Translations under genes and position numbers: made by a program
NCBI GenBank assembly: GCA_965206675.1
Contig: CBDBKL010000007.1
Coordinates: 226,338 to 290,337 of the forward strand
From: Bdellovibrionales bacterium
Lineage (GTDB): Bacteria > Bdellovibrionota > Bdellovibrionia > Bdellovibrionales > JAKFYE01
Direction of reading: 5' to 3'
Length of the DNA: 64,000 nt
In this document: positions 19,519 to 28,400 of the stretch, piece by piece
Layout of the letters: each line of letters starts with the position of its first letter
How positions within the stretch are numbered: the first letter of the stretch is position 1
Notes under the pieces: generated by a model
Databases searched by the model: none
What the model was told of the DNA's origin: nothing
Seen by the model: only the letters and a program-made list of their open reading frames with translations

Positions 19519-20870
19519 TGAAAAAATTATTTGGAACGGATGGTATAAGAGGTATAGCGAATCAATCTCCTATGACAATTGATGTTGCTACCAAAGTTGG
19601 ACAGGCCTTAGGGGCTATCCTTTTGAAATCATCTTTAGAGAAAAAAACAGGTTTTGTCCTCATTGGTAAAGACACACGGCTTTCTGGCTATATGTTGGAA
19701 ATGGCTCTGGCAAGTGGATTAAATTCAATGGGAATTCACGTTCAACTTGTTGGTCCTCTTCCCACTCCAGGGATTGGTTATTTGGCTCAAAATATGAGAG
19801 CAGATGCAGGCATAGTGATTTCAGCCTCTCATAATTCTTACGAATATAACGGCATTAAAATTTTTGATTCTAAGGGTTTTAAAATTACTGCAGAAATAGA
19901 AAATGAAATTGAGAATTTAGTTTTTAATGGTCAGTTAACTCTTTCAAATAGTGAAAACATAGGGCGAACTAGAAGAATAGTTGATTCTGCGGGAAGATAC
20001 ATTGTATTTGTTAAAAATTCATTTCCTTTAAATCAATTATTGGTAGGTATGCGTATTGTCTTAGATACAGCAAATGGAGCTGCTTATAAAGTAGGATCTG
20101 CTGTATTTGAAGAGTTGGGAGCTGAAGTTATTAAAATAGGGAGAGACCCTAACGGAAGAAATATTAATCACGAATGTGGAGCACTTTATCCGGAAGCAAT
20201 GGCATCAACAGTTAAAGAACACAGCGCAGATGTGGGTATTAGTTTAGATGGAGATGCAGATAGAGTTATTATGGCAGATGAAAATGGCTCTATTCTAAGA
20301 GGGGATCACATTTTGGCAATTTGTGCCATTCATTTAAAAGAACAGGGGGAATTAAAAAAAGACACTATTGTGACAACAGAAATGAGTAATTTAGGTCTAG
20401 ATTTAGCTATGAAGAAACATAAAATTAATGTCATAAAAACAGATGTTGGGGACAGGCATGTTATAGAAGAAATGAAATCAGGAGGGTACAGTTTAGGTGG
20501 TGAATCTTCTGGACATATTATCTTTTTAGATAAAACAACAACAGGTGATGGATTGGTAGCGGCCTTAAATGTTTTAAGAATTATGAAAGAGAAAAATAAA
20601 AAACTCTCAGAAGTTGCTTCTAATTTTAATGATGTTCCGCAGGTTATTAAAAATGTCAGTGTCAATGAAAAAGTACCTTTAGATCAAATTCCAGGTTTTG
20701 ATCAAAAAGTTTCAAAAATAAAAAAACTTTTAGCAGATAAAGGACGTCTTTTTATTCGATACTCTGGAACAGAACCTCTATTGAGAATAATGATTGAGGG
20801 TTCTGATTCTAAAGTTATAACAGAGTATGCTGATGAACTTGTAAGACATATTCAAAGTGAAATAGGTTGA
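19518..20870 (+). CDS. glmM: phosphoglucosamine mutase
   Basis: MKKLFGTDGIRG N-terminus, SASHN active-site serine loop and DGDADR motif. GTG start overlaps the upstream TAG. Confidence 0.95.
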   Translation: MKKLFGTDGIRGIANQSPMTIDVATKVGQALGAILLKSSLEKKTGFVLIGKDTRLSGYMLEMALASGLNSMGIHVQLVGPLPTPGIGYLAQNMRADAGIVISASHNSYEYNGIKIFDSKGFKITAEIENEIENLVFNGQLTLSNSENIGRTRRIVDSAGRYIVFVKNSFPLNQLLVGMRIVLDTANGAAYKVGSAVFEELGAEVIKIGRDPNGRNINHECGALYPEAMASTVKEHSADVGISLDGDADRVIMADENGSILRGDHILAICAIHLKEQGELKKDTIVTTEMSNLGLDLAMKKHKINVIKTDVGDRHVIEEMKSGGYSLGGESSGHIIFLDKTTTGDGLVAALNVLRIMKEKNKKLSEVASNFNDVPQVIKNVSVNEKVPLDQIPGFDQKVSKIKKLLADKGRLFIRYSGTEPLLRIMIEGSDSKVITEYADELVRHIQSEIG

Positions 20871-20873
20871 TAG

Positions 20874-21596
20874 GTGGCAAAAATTCGCTTAGGTGTAAAT
20901 TTAGATCATATTGTAACACTTCGCCAAGTTAGGGGCAGGCAGACAACCTATCCTGATCTTATATATTATATGAAAGAAGCGATTCGGGCAGGGGCTGATC
21001 AAATTACCATTCATTTGCGTGAGGACAGAAGGCACGTGAATGATAAAGATGCTCGAGAGATTATTAAAAAATCTTCAGTTCCTGTTAATTTAGAAATGGC
21101 TTTTACGAATGAAATGTCTCGTTTTGCCTTAAAGTGGAAACCTCAGTTTGTCTGTTTAGTCCCTGAAAAAAGGGAAGAATTAACAACTGAAGGGGGGTTG
21201 AATGTAAAGAACAGGACTAAAGGTATTGGGCGTTTAGCAGAAAAATTAAGAAAAAAGGGAATAGGATTAACAACGTTTATAGCTCCGAGTAAGAGTCAAA
21301 TTAAGGCTTCAGTTCTTTGTGGTGCTTCTGCTGTAGAACTTCACACAGGTCATTGGGTATCTTTTTCAGGAAAAAAGAAAAGAAATGAATGGAAGAAGCT
21401 AAGAGAAGCTGCTGTTATGGCTCATGAGATGGGATTGGAAGTTCATGCGGGTCATGGTTTAGACACTAAATCTTGTCGATTAATAAAAAAATTACCTTTT
21501 TTAGAAGAAGTTAATATAGGGCATTTTTTGGTTTGCGATGCTTTAAGAAAAGGATTCCAATCAAGCATTAGAGATATCATTGTTAGCTTAAGATAG
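20874..21596 (+). CDS. pdxJ: pyridoxine 5'-phosphate synthase
   Basis: LGVNLDHIVTLRQ and HLREDRRH motifs. GTG start. Confidence 0.93.
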   Translation: MAKIRLGVNLDHIVTLRQVRGRQTTYPDLIYYMKEAIRAGADQITIHLREDRRHVNDKDAREIIKKSSVPVNLEMAFTNEMSRFALKWKPQFVCLVPEKREELTTEGGLNVKNRTKGIGRLAEKLRKKGIGLTTFIAPSKSQIKASVLCGASAVELHTGHWVSFSGKKKRNEWKKLREAAVMAHEMGLEVHAGHGLDTKSCRLIKKLPFLEEVNIGHFLVCDALRKGFQSSIRDIIVSLR

Positions 21597-21687
21597 AATG
21601 ACCTAGGCTTAACACCAGTTTTTCACAAACACTTCAAGAAAAAAGAACAATTTTTCCGAACAGCTCATAGATCAAACGGGTATAACT

Positions 21688-22584
21688 ATGAGTTTAAAAA
21701 AAATTGTAGCTTTTGTACTCATAATTATTAGTCCTTCAGCGCAAGCTTATAACTTCCATGTCGATTTTCCTGTTACACCAAGTACCTCTAATAGTTCTTA
21801 TATTGCAAAATTATTTATTCCCGATTTGGGTTTAAGAAGCCAAAAAATAGATAAAAAGACATATCTTTTTATATTCAATAGGTTACAAACTCTTTTTCAA
21901 CCTGTTTTTCATGAAAAAGGGGAGACTCTCATTATAAATAAAAATTGGTCTGAAAAGTGGGCGAGTGCCTATAGTTCTAAAGAAGACAAAACAATTCATA
22001 TTGAAATGACGGGAGCCCTTGCTCGTCATCATGAAATGACTCCCTTAGGTTTTACTTTAATAGGTTGTCATGAGTTAGGGCATTATATTGGAGGCGTTCC
22101 ACATAAGACAAATAATGAAAGATCTGTTGAAGGACAGGCCGATTATTTTGCAACTTCAAAATGTCTTCGTATCTTCTTGAAATCATTATATTTCGAAGAA
22201 GCCAAACTATTAAATTTAGAGCAGTTAAATGCCACTGAAGAAGTGGCTAATCGCTGTGAGAGAAACTTTTCAACTTTAGCAGATCAAGCCATTTGTAGAT
22301 TAAGTAGTATGGCAGCGATGAGTTTAGTAAATGTGATTGCAGATATAAAAGGAGAGAGTTCTCCTCAATTCACAACACCAAGTTCTCATACGGTTCAATC
22401 TACACTGGCATATCATCCTGAAGTTCAATGTCGTTTGGACACATTTTTTCAAGGAGCTCTCTGTCATGTCGATGAGTCCATTTCTTTAGATAACGAAGAT
22501 CCTAATGTAGGAACTTGTAATCGAGTTAATGGAGATCAAGAAGGATTACGACCTCTTTGTTGGTATAAACCCCCTGCTATGTGA
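21688..22584 (+). CDS. secreted cysteine-rich HExxH protein (putative zinc metalloprotease)
   Basis: Signal peptide ending AQA, a CHELGHYIGG motif and many Cys residues. Confidence 0.5.
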   Translation: MSLKKIVAFVLIIISPSAQAYNFHVDFPVTPSTSNSSYIAKLFIPDLGLRSQKIDKKTYLFIFNRLQTLFQPVFHEKGETLIINKNWSEKWASAYSSKEDKTIHIEMTGALARHHEMTPLGFTLIGCHELGHYIGGVPHKTNNERSVEGQADYFATSKCLRIFLKSLYFEEAKLLNLEQLNATEEVANRCERNFSTLADQAICRLSSMAAMSLVNVIADIKGESSPQFTTPSSHTVQSTLAYHPEVQCRLDTFFQGALCHVDESISLDNEDPNVGTCNRVNGDQEGLRPLCWYKPPAM

Positions 22585-22585
22585 T

Positions 22586-22722
22586 AATGAGTAAAATCGA
22601 ATTCGTCTCGGTAAGGATGAAAGGAAAATATCCTCCCAAGCCTATGCGTTGAGGACATTTTAAGGGAAGACGAAGTGAGGTGCAATCATGTTTGTCATAG
22701 AAGGTGGTTTTGGGATAGGTTC
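22586..22722 (+). repeat. Family-3 repeat, copy 3a (left end degenerate; may extend into the CDS end at ~22570)
   Basis: Right part GGTGCAATCATG..GGTGGTTTTGGGATAGGTTC and internal GGTAAGGATGAAAGG match the other copies. Ends 7 nt before the tsaE ATG. Confidence 0.65.
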
Positions 22723-22729
22723 TTAATAT

Positions 22730-23155
22730 ATGGAACGGACAACTTTAAATTCTACAAAAGATCTTTGTCATTGGACTGAAAAATTCATAAATCGCTTAGG
22801 AACTAAGGATCTTATATTATTATCTGGGCCCATGGGAGTGGGGAAATCGGAATTTGTTAAATCGTGTTTAAAGTTATGGGATGTGGAAAATACGTGCTCA
22901 CCAACTTTTGCTATTCATAATATATATACAACGTCTCATAAGGGTGTTGTTGATCATATAGATTTATATAGATTAGAAAGCGAGACAGATTTAGAGTCTA
23001 CAGGTTTTTGGGATATCTTTGAAAAACCAAAAGGTACTGTTTTTATAGAATGGGCTGATCGGTTAAAAGTTAACTGGTCCCCTCAAGAATGGACTGTTTG
23101 GAATATAAGCCTTGAGTTTTTAAACGGAGATAAAAGAACTTTGACTTTAAGTTAG
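22730..23155 (+). CDS. tsaE: tRNA t6A37 biosynthesis ATPase TsaE
   Basis: GPMGVGKSEF P-loop, SPTFAI motif, ~140 aa. Confidence 0.85.
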   Translation: MERTTLNSTKDLCHWTEKFINRLGTKDLILLSGPMGVGKSEFVKSCLKLWDVENTCSPTFAIHNIYTTSHKGVVDHIDLYRLESETDLESTGFWDIFEKPKGTVFIEWADRLKVNWSPQEWTVWNISLEFLNGDKRTLTLS

Positions 23156-23283
23156 AATCTATCCCAACTTTGTGATGAAAACGAGTGAGAGGTAAGGATA
23201 AAGCAAAAAAGGCGTGCTTGGGGTACCATTGAGAGTGTTTTTTAATCGGGTGCCATCGCTGTCGTTGGTTTTGGGATGAGTTC
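23155..23283 (+). repeat. Family-3 repeat, copy 3b (complete; reference copy)
   Basis: Imperfect terminal inverted repeats GAATCTATCCCAAC...GGTTTTGGGATGAGTTC. Fills the convergent gap between tsaE and the 23289 gene. Confidence 0.8.
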
Positions 23284-23288
23284 TTGGT

Positions 23289-24284
23289 CTAACTCGCTGT
23301 TTTTAATGCAACAATTTTTTCTGCAACCTGTTTAGCAAGATTTTCAACATGTTTGAGTTGAAATTGTTTAATACGAGTTTTAGAAGCGCATCCCAAGAGA
23401 ATCCCATAGATTTTTTTATTAATGAATATAGGAACAAGTGTCATATGTTCTGGATATGACTCTTTCATCCAAGTTTTAAAAAACTCGTTATTAGAAGGAT
23501 TCGGTCGAGGTTGTCCGTGAAATGGATGTTTTGTTTTCATAACAATTCTAAAAATACCAGGTGAGGAGTAGTCTATAGGCTTTATTGTAGCCGGTTTTGA
23601 CCAATCTCCATGCCAATAGGAAGGTATGAGTGTCTTATTATGATATACGAGAATCATAGAACTATAGAAATAGTTCTGTGACCTTGTAAGAATTGTATCA
23701 AATATAGATTGGGCAGAAGACTTATTGGCATGTAAGGGTAAGATATTTGAGCGTGAAGGGGGAGGAGGGGCTTGTTGTATGGTCTTTTTTACACTTTCTT
23801 TTTGAGGTTTAGAGTGAAGTTTCAGCGAAGGGGGTTGTTGTTGCGCCCTTACCACTTTTAAATTTAAGGGAGGAGGTGATGATATTGGATTTTGAAGTTC
23901 TGGTCTCCATTTGGCCATAAGGGATGGGGGACACAAGATAAACTGCATACTTTGAGAGGGTTCTAAATCCTTTAGAGGTTCTAAACAGGCAATGAAAAGT
24001 TTATTTTTTCTCATAGCTAGGGGGAGAGCATGAAGAGGCCAATTTGATGAGTATTTTTCAAAAAGTGCTATTGGAGGTTGTTTTTTTTCAAAAAAATCTT
24101 TTTTCAGTACAGGAAGTTGATAAAAGTTCTTAGCCCATAAGAAATACTGTTTTTCATTGATTTTTTTATTTTGTAGGAGCCATAGAATAAATGGTTTATC
24201 TGGAGGACACTCTTTCTTCCAAGATTGTATATTTTCTGCTTTAATGCCAAGTGGGCTAGCCCATGGGTAATTGGATTCCATCAT
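23289..24284 (-). CDS. hypothetical protein (GspE-N/MshEN-like N-terminus, Pro-rich linker, GAF-like C-terminus)
   Basis: Long ORF. Domain guesses are by eye only (LPLAMRKNKLFIACLEP; TLVPIFINKKIYGILLG). Confidence 0.5.
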   Translation of the reverse strand: MMESNYPWASPLGIKAENIQSWKKECPPDKPFILWLLQNKKINEKQYFLWAKNFYQLPVLKKDFFEKKQPPIALFEKYSSNWPLHALPLAMRKNKLFIACLEPLKDLEPSQSMQFILCPPSLMAKWRPELQNPISSPPPLNLKVVRAQQQPPSLKLHSKPQKESVKKTIQQAPPPPSRSNILPLHANKSSAQSIFDTILTRSQNYFYSSMILVYHNKTLIPSYWHGDWSKPATIKPIDYSSPGIFRIVMKTKHPFHGQPRPNPSNNEFFKTWMKESYPEHMTLVPIFINKKIYGILLGCASKTRIKQFQLKHVENLAKQVAEKIVALKTAS

Positions 24285-24526
24285 ATCTTTATCGGAAAAA
24301 AGGTAAGATTTATTAAGAATCTACCTAGGAAAATAGATTTTTTTTGAATCTAAAAGAGAGGAAATAAGAAGGAAAATATCAAAAACATGGAAAAGTCTCC
24401 CCCTCTGTCTTCTTGGGGAGAAGAGATATGGAGAGCTGGTGGGGGTTAAGTATGAGGTTATTCAAGAGAGGGAGGATGGATATAATAAATTTTTCATGAT
24501 TTAGAGAGGAATAAAGATAAAGTAAT

Positions 24527-24552
24527 AACTACTAATTAATAGTAGTTTTTTT
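24527..24552 (+). terminator. orphan rho-independent terminator-like hairpin in a divergent gap
   Basis: AACTACTA-ATTAA-TAGTAGTT (8 bp) followed by T5. No annotated + strand gene lies upstream of it. Confidence 0.35.
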
Positions 24553-24652
24553 CAAAGAAGAGGTTTATTCAGAGAAAAAATCTCTTCTGTTGTATTCTTC
24601 TGAGGAAAAATGAGGCACCCCATATAGGGTTTGAAAAAGGAGGTAGAAAGTT

Positions 24653-25453
24653 ATGCACAAGGGTATTAAATCCATTGTTGCCTTTTTTTTTCTTCTTCCT
24701 ATGGAAAGGGGTTATACAGAGCCAGAATATGATTTTACCCTTCAATCGTTGACTTATACTTCCATCAATACGTCGGATCGATTTAAAGCAGATGGGATTT
24801 ATAGAGTTATTTTCAATACAAAACAGGATTTTTTAAAACTTAATGGGATATTTCAATTCGGCTTTCATTTACCACTGACCCATGAAAGCTCGAGCGTGCA
24901 GAGAGGGGATCTTGAAAATTTTTATTATAGTATTTATAGAACTCTTTATAGTTCTGAGAATAAAGAGAGCCATTTTAATTTAAATTCAGGGTTTAGTGGG
25001 TGGTTAGGGCTCTCTAGAGAATCTCGTCAGAGAGATTTATTTAGAGCCTCAATTCGACCCTTTTTAAGGCTTAGTTTTAAAACGGGGGCTTTTTTTACAA
25101 ATCAGACACTGCGTTTTGGCCATAGATTTTACAATCAGAGGATGAGAGCAGACGGTCAATCCCTTATTCCAAATGAATTCACTTCTATTACAGAATTGAG
25201 CTATTATCTTACAAAAAAATGGTCTTTTGATTTAACTTTTTTATATAACTATGGGATAACATTTCAGAATGTGGGGAAATCCGCTAGTATTATGGGGTAT
25301 TATACATCCTATCGAGTTGGAGATGATTTGTTAGTTTCATTAGGGTTAGAGACGCAAGACGATAACCTTATGTCTGATGGATTGAGAAGGCGAGTAACAG
25401 TTTTTGACCCTGGTGTTACTCAGTTTGTATTTGATTTGAGATTGAAAATATAG
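24653..25453 (+). CDS. putative outer-membrane beta-barrel protein
   Basis: Signal-like N-terminus, alternating beta-strand pattern, aromatic-rich C-terminal strand. 8 nt upstream of the large protease gene. Confidence 0.45.
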   Translation: MHKGIKSIVAFFFLLPMERGYTEPEYDFTLQSLTYTSINTSDRFKADGIYRVIFNTKQDFLKLNGIFQFGFHLPLTHESSSVQRGDLENFYYSIYRTLYSSENKESHFNLNSGFSGWLGLSRESRQRDLFRASIRPFLRLSFKTGAFFTNQTLRFGHRFYNQRMRADGQSLIPNEFTSITELSYYLTKKWSFDLTFLYNYGITFQNVGKSASIMGYYTSYRVGDDLLVSLGLETQDDNLMSDGLRRRVTVFDPGVTQFVFDLRLKI

Positions 25454-25461
25454 GTGGTTAA

Positions 25462-28400
25462 ATGCAATTAGGGAAACTCTTACCTTTTATATTGATGCCT
25501 TTCTTGGTGTTAGACTGCGCCAAGCCCTTAAATCATAGGTTTGTAGTTAATGGCGAATTAGAAAAACTGAGCGATAGCTATCGTCTTCAAAGAGATGAGC
25601 TAAATGGAAAACTGTTTCATTTTGTTCGAGGTATTGAAGATGCTGCCGGAGGAGAAAATACTCCCGTGTGGGCTATCCCTGGCTTTCATATTGATTTTGG
25701 ACTTGTGCGAGCAGAGCTTCTTAAGGATGAACTGCGCTTTTATGCTGTTGGTGAACCAAATGTACGCCCTGGTTATGAGCGCATTGTTGCTTCCTATGAA
25801 GTCTTAGACAACTATGATGTTGTAAGGGATGTTAACGATTTTGGTGAAACAATAAACCGTACTGTTATTAAAAGAGATCGCCCATGGAATCAAAGACAAT
25901 ATGTCTATGTGAATTGGGGGAACTTGCTAAATAAGAGTGGAAAAATTGTTACACAATTGTATTTCTACTTAGAATTAATAGAGGAGAATTCTCGTCAAAT
26001 TGGTGGGATTTCTCGAGATGAAGGTTATATTTCCTTTCTCACCGAATCCAGAGTCTATGATAAAGTGACTTTTTCATATTCTAATCCCGTTCAGGTGAAG
26101 TTTAGAACCCATCTTATGCCTTTTAAAGGTACAAGTGATTTTAAGGCCCATGAGTACACTTTTGAAGATTTTGAAAAATTTGGCTACTTTTTAATGTATG
26201 AAAACTATAATGATCCGGAAAAAGGCCCTTTAGATTCAACACAGAGAAAAGTTGCCAGAATATTTAATATCTGTGAACCTGGAACAGGTCGGTCTTGTTC
26301 TACAAATCAAATTAGATATGTTTTAAACAAAGGTTTTCCAGATCGTTATTTAGATCTTGCTCAAAAAGCCATTGAAGAGTGGAATGAAGTCTTTAAAAAA
26401 CAATTGGGACGTACAGATGATGTTGTAATTCTCGATACTAATGATCGAAGAAATGTTTCTGATCCGAGAGCTAATATGATCGTTTTATTTGAACCTGATC
26501 TACCTAATGTTCTTGGTAATATTGGAGGAGTTAGTCAGACAGTTGGAAACCCCAAAACAGGGGAGACTGTATCTGCACGAGCTACGGTGTATGCGGAAAG
26601 TCTTCGTAGACAACGTGGAGTTGTGGATTTTTTTATTGATTTAATATTAAATAACAACGATGAACAACCATTCTCAAACTATTCTCCCTATACTTTAGGA
26701 AGAAAGATAAGTGCAGAAGACTTTCTGAATCAAGCCAATACATTAAGAAAAAATTTAACTCTTTCTCAACCAACTATAAACTATTCTCGTTCAGTAGGGG
26801 TTAAAGAATTAATTTCTATGGTCGAAGATGTAGCTGAAAAATTTGAAATAACGGGCGATCCTTTAATGAACAAAAAAAGATTCATGAAGAATTATCCAGA
26901 ATTCTTTTCGCTTCCCAAATCGGATTATAGCTTATTGATTAAAAATGGACACAGTGAAGGGGGTATACTTTTAAAAGAAAAGGGACATCCCTACAATAGT
27001 TTTCTTGGACTAGAGGGTCTTCATATTTTGGCTCAAGATGAGACACCGTACGCAGGTATAGATAGAGAACAAAGACTTCAACTTGGAGAGATGGGTTTTT
27101 TACAGAAGAGACATGTCACTATGGCAAATATGGGAATTCATACCTCTGAATTTATTGATGAAGCTATCTTAAGATATATCCAAAAATATATGCAAAGGCA
27201 TGGCATAGCCAGTTTAGATAGGGCTCGCGATGTTATAAAAGATCGTGTAGAACGTGAGGTTTTTTATAGTCTTCTTCTTCATGAATTAGGACATAACTTT
27301 GGTTTAAGACATAATTTTTATGGAAGTGCAGATAAAGAACATTATACAGCTGAATACCATCAAGTTAGAGAAGGCTTAAGAAGAGGTGATCCTAGGATTC
27401 ACCCTTTAGATTTAGATACAATGGCTTATAGTTCCATAATGGATTATAAGTCTTCTTTCTATAGTCATAATGCCGGACTTGGCCCCTATGACAGTGCAGC
27501 TATTAAATATGGATACTTATCGAATATAGATAAGAGATCTGATTCTATTGTAAAAGCGAATTTTAAATTTTGTACAGATCATCAAGTTGGAGAAAATTTG
27601 TTGTGCAATCGTTTTGATCAAGGTTCTACTGTTAGTGAAGTCATTTGGCATATTATAGATCGCTACAAGAAAAATTATCTTAGAACTCACTTTAGAAATG
27701 ACAGATTAAATTATGAAAGACTTTTGGGTAGATTTATTAACGATTTAATAACTAGATATATGTTACCTATTCGTCGTGTTATTGATGAGTTCATGTTTAA
27801 AATGTATGTCGAAAATATTGGTTTTGTTGAGAATTCAGTAAGAGCTAATGAGGTTATTAATTTGTATAATTCTGAAGAGATAGAGAATGCTGGAATAGAT
27901 TTTTCTGATATGAGCACTCTCTATAAAGCTCTCATAAGAAACAATCAATATCTTGTTAATCCATCTTCTTATATTCCAGGTGGTTTTGCAGATATGATTT
28001 TTGCAAATGAATTAGCTTTTAAGTTTTTTGTTGATGTTTTAGGAACGCCAGAGCCTGGTGTTTTTGTAGCAGAGCAACTAAAGGATGGAACAAATCAACT
28101 CACTCGTTTAGGCTTTGGAAGAAGCATTGATGAACAATTAATGAATTTAGCCGAACATCGAGGCGTTGAGGATGCTAATGATTTTATTCATTCCAATAGA
28201 AATAGAATTGTTCAGTTAGGACCGGGTCTATCAGCTAAAAAATTATTTTCAACATATAATCCTCTTTCTGAAAGATTAGAGAGTTTAGGATATATTTATG
28301 ATAAAATCAGTGCGGAGATAGTACTAGGTGTTCGGGATTTAGGTGTTTTAAAATACAATAGAGTTAATTTTAATGGAAGTGCTTACCTTTGGCCCATGTC

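Noticed and set aside
20330-20665. Numerous 60-130-aa antisense or overlapping ORFs in the track (e.g. 146-406, 1974-2246, 6394-6642, 13475-13747, 16581-17549, 20330-20665, 31154-31537, 31987-32304, 36086-36382, 41469-41807, 45306-45572, 61753-62049)
   Set aside because: Each lies inside a longer gene with strong family signatures on the opposite strand or in another frame. Ser/Leu/Phe/Lys-rich composition is typical of shadow ORFs in AT-rich DNA.
24387-24449. 20-codon mini-ORF (MEKSPPLSSWGEEIWRAGGG) in the divergent gap
   Set aside because: It has a weak, distant RBS and no recognisable leader-peptide logic (no runs of regulatory codons). It cannot be supported without conservation data.
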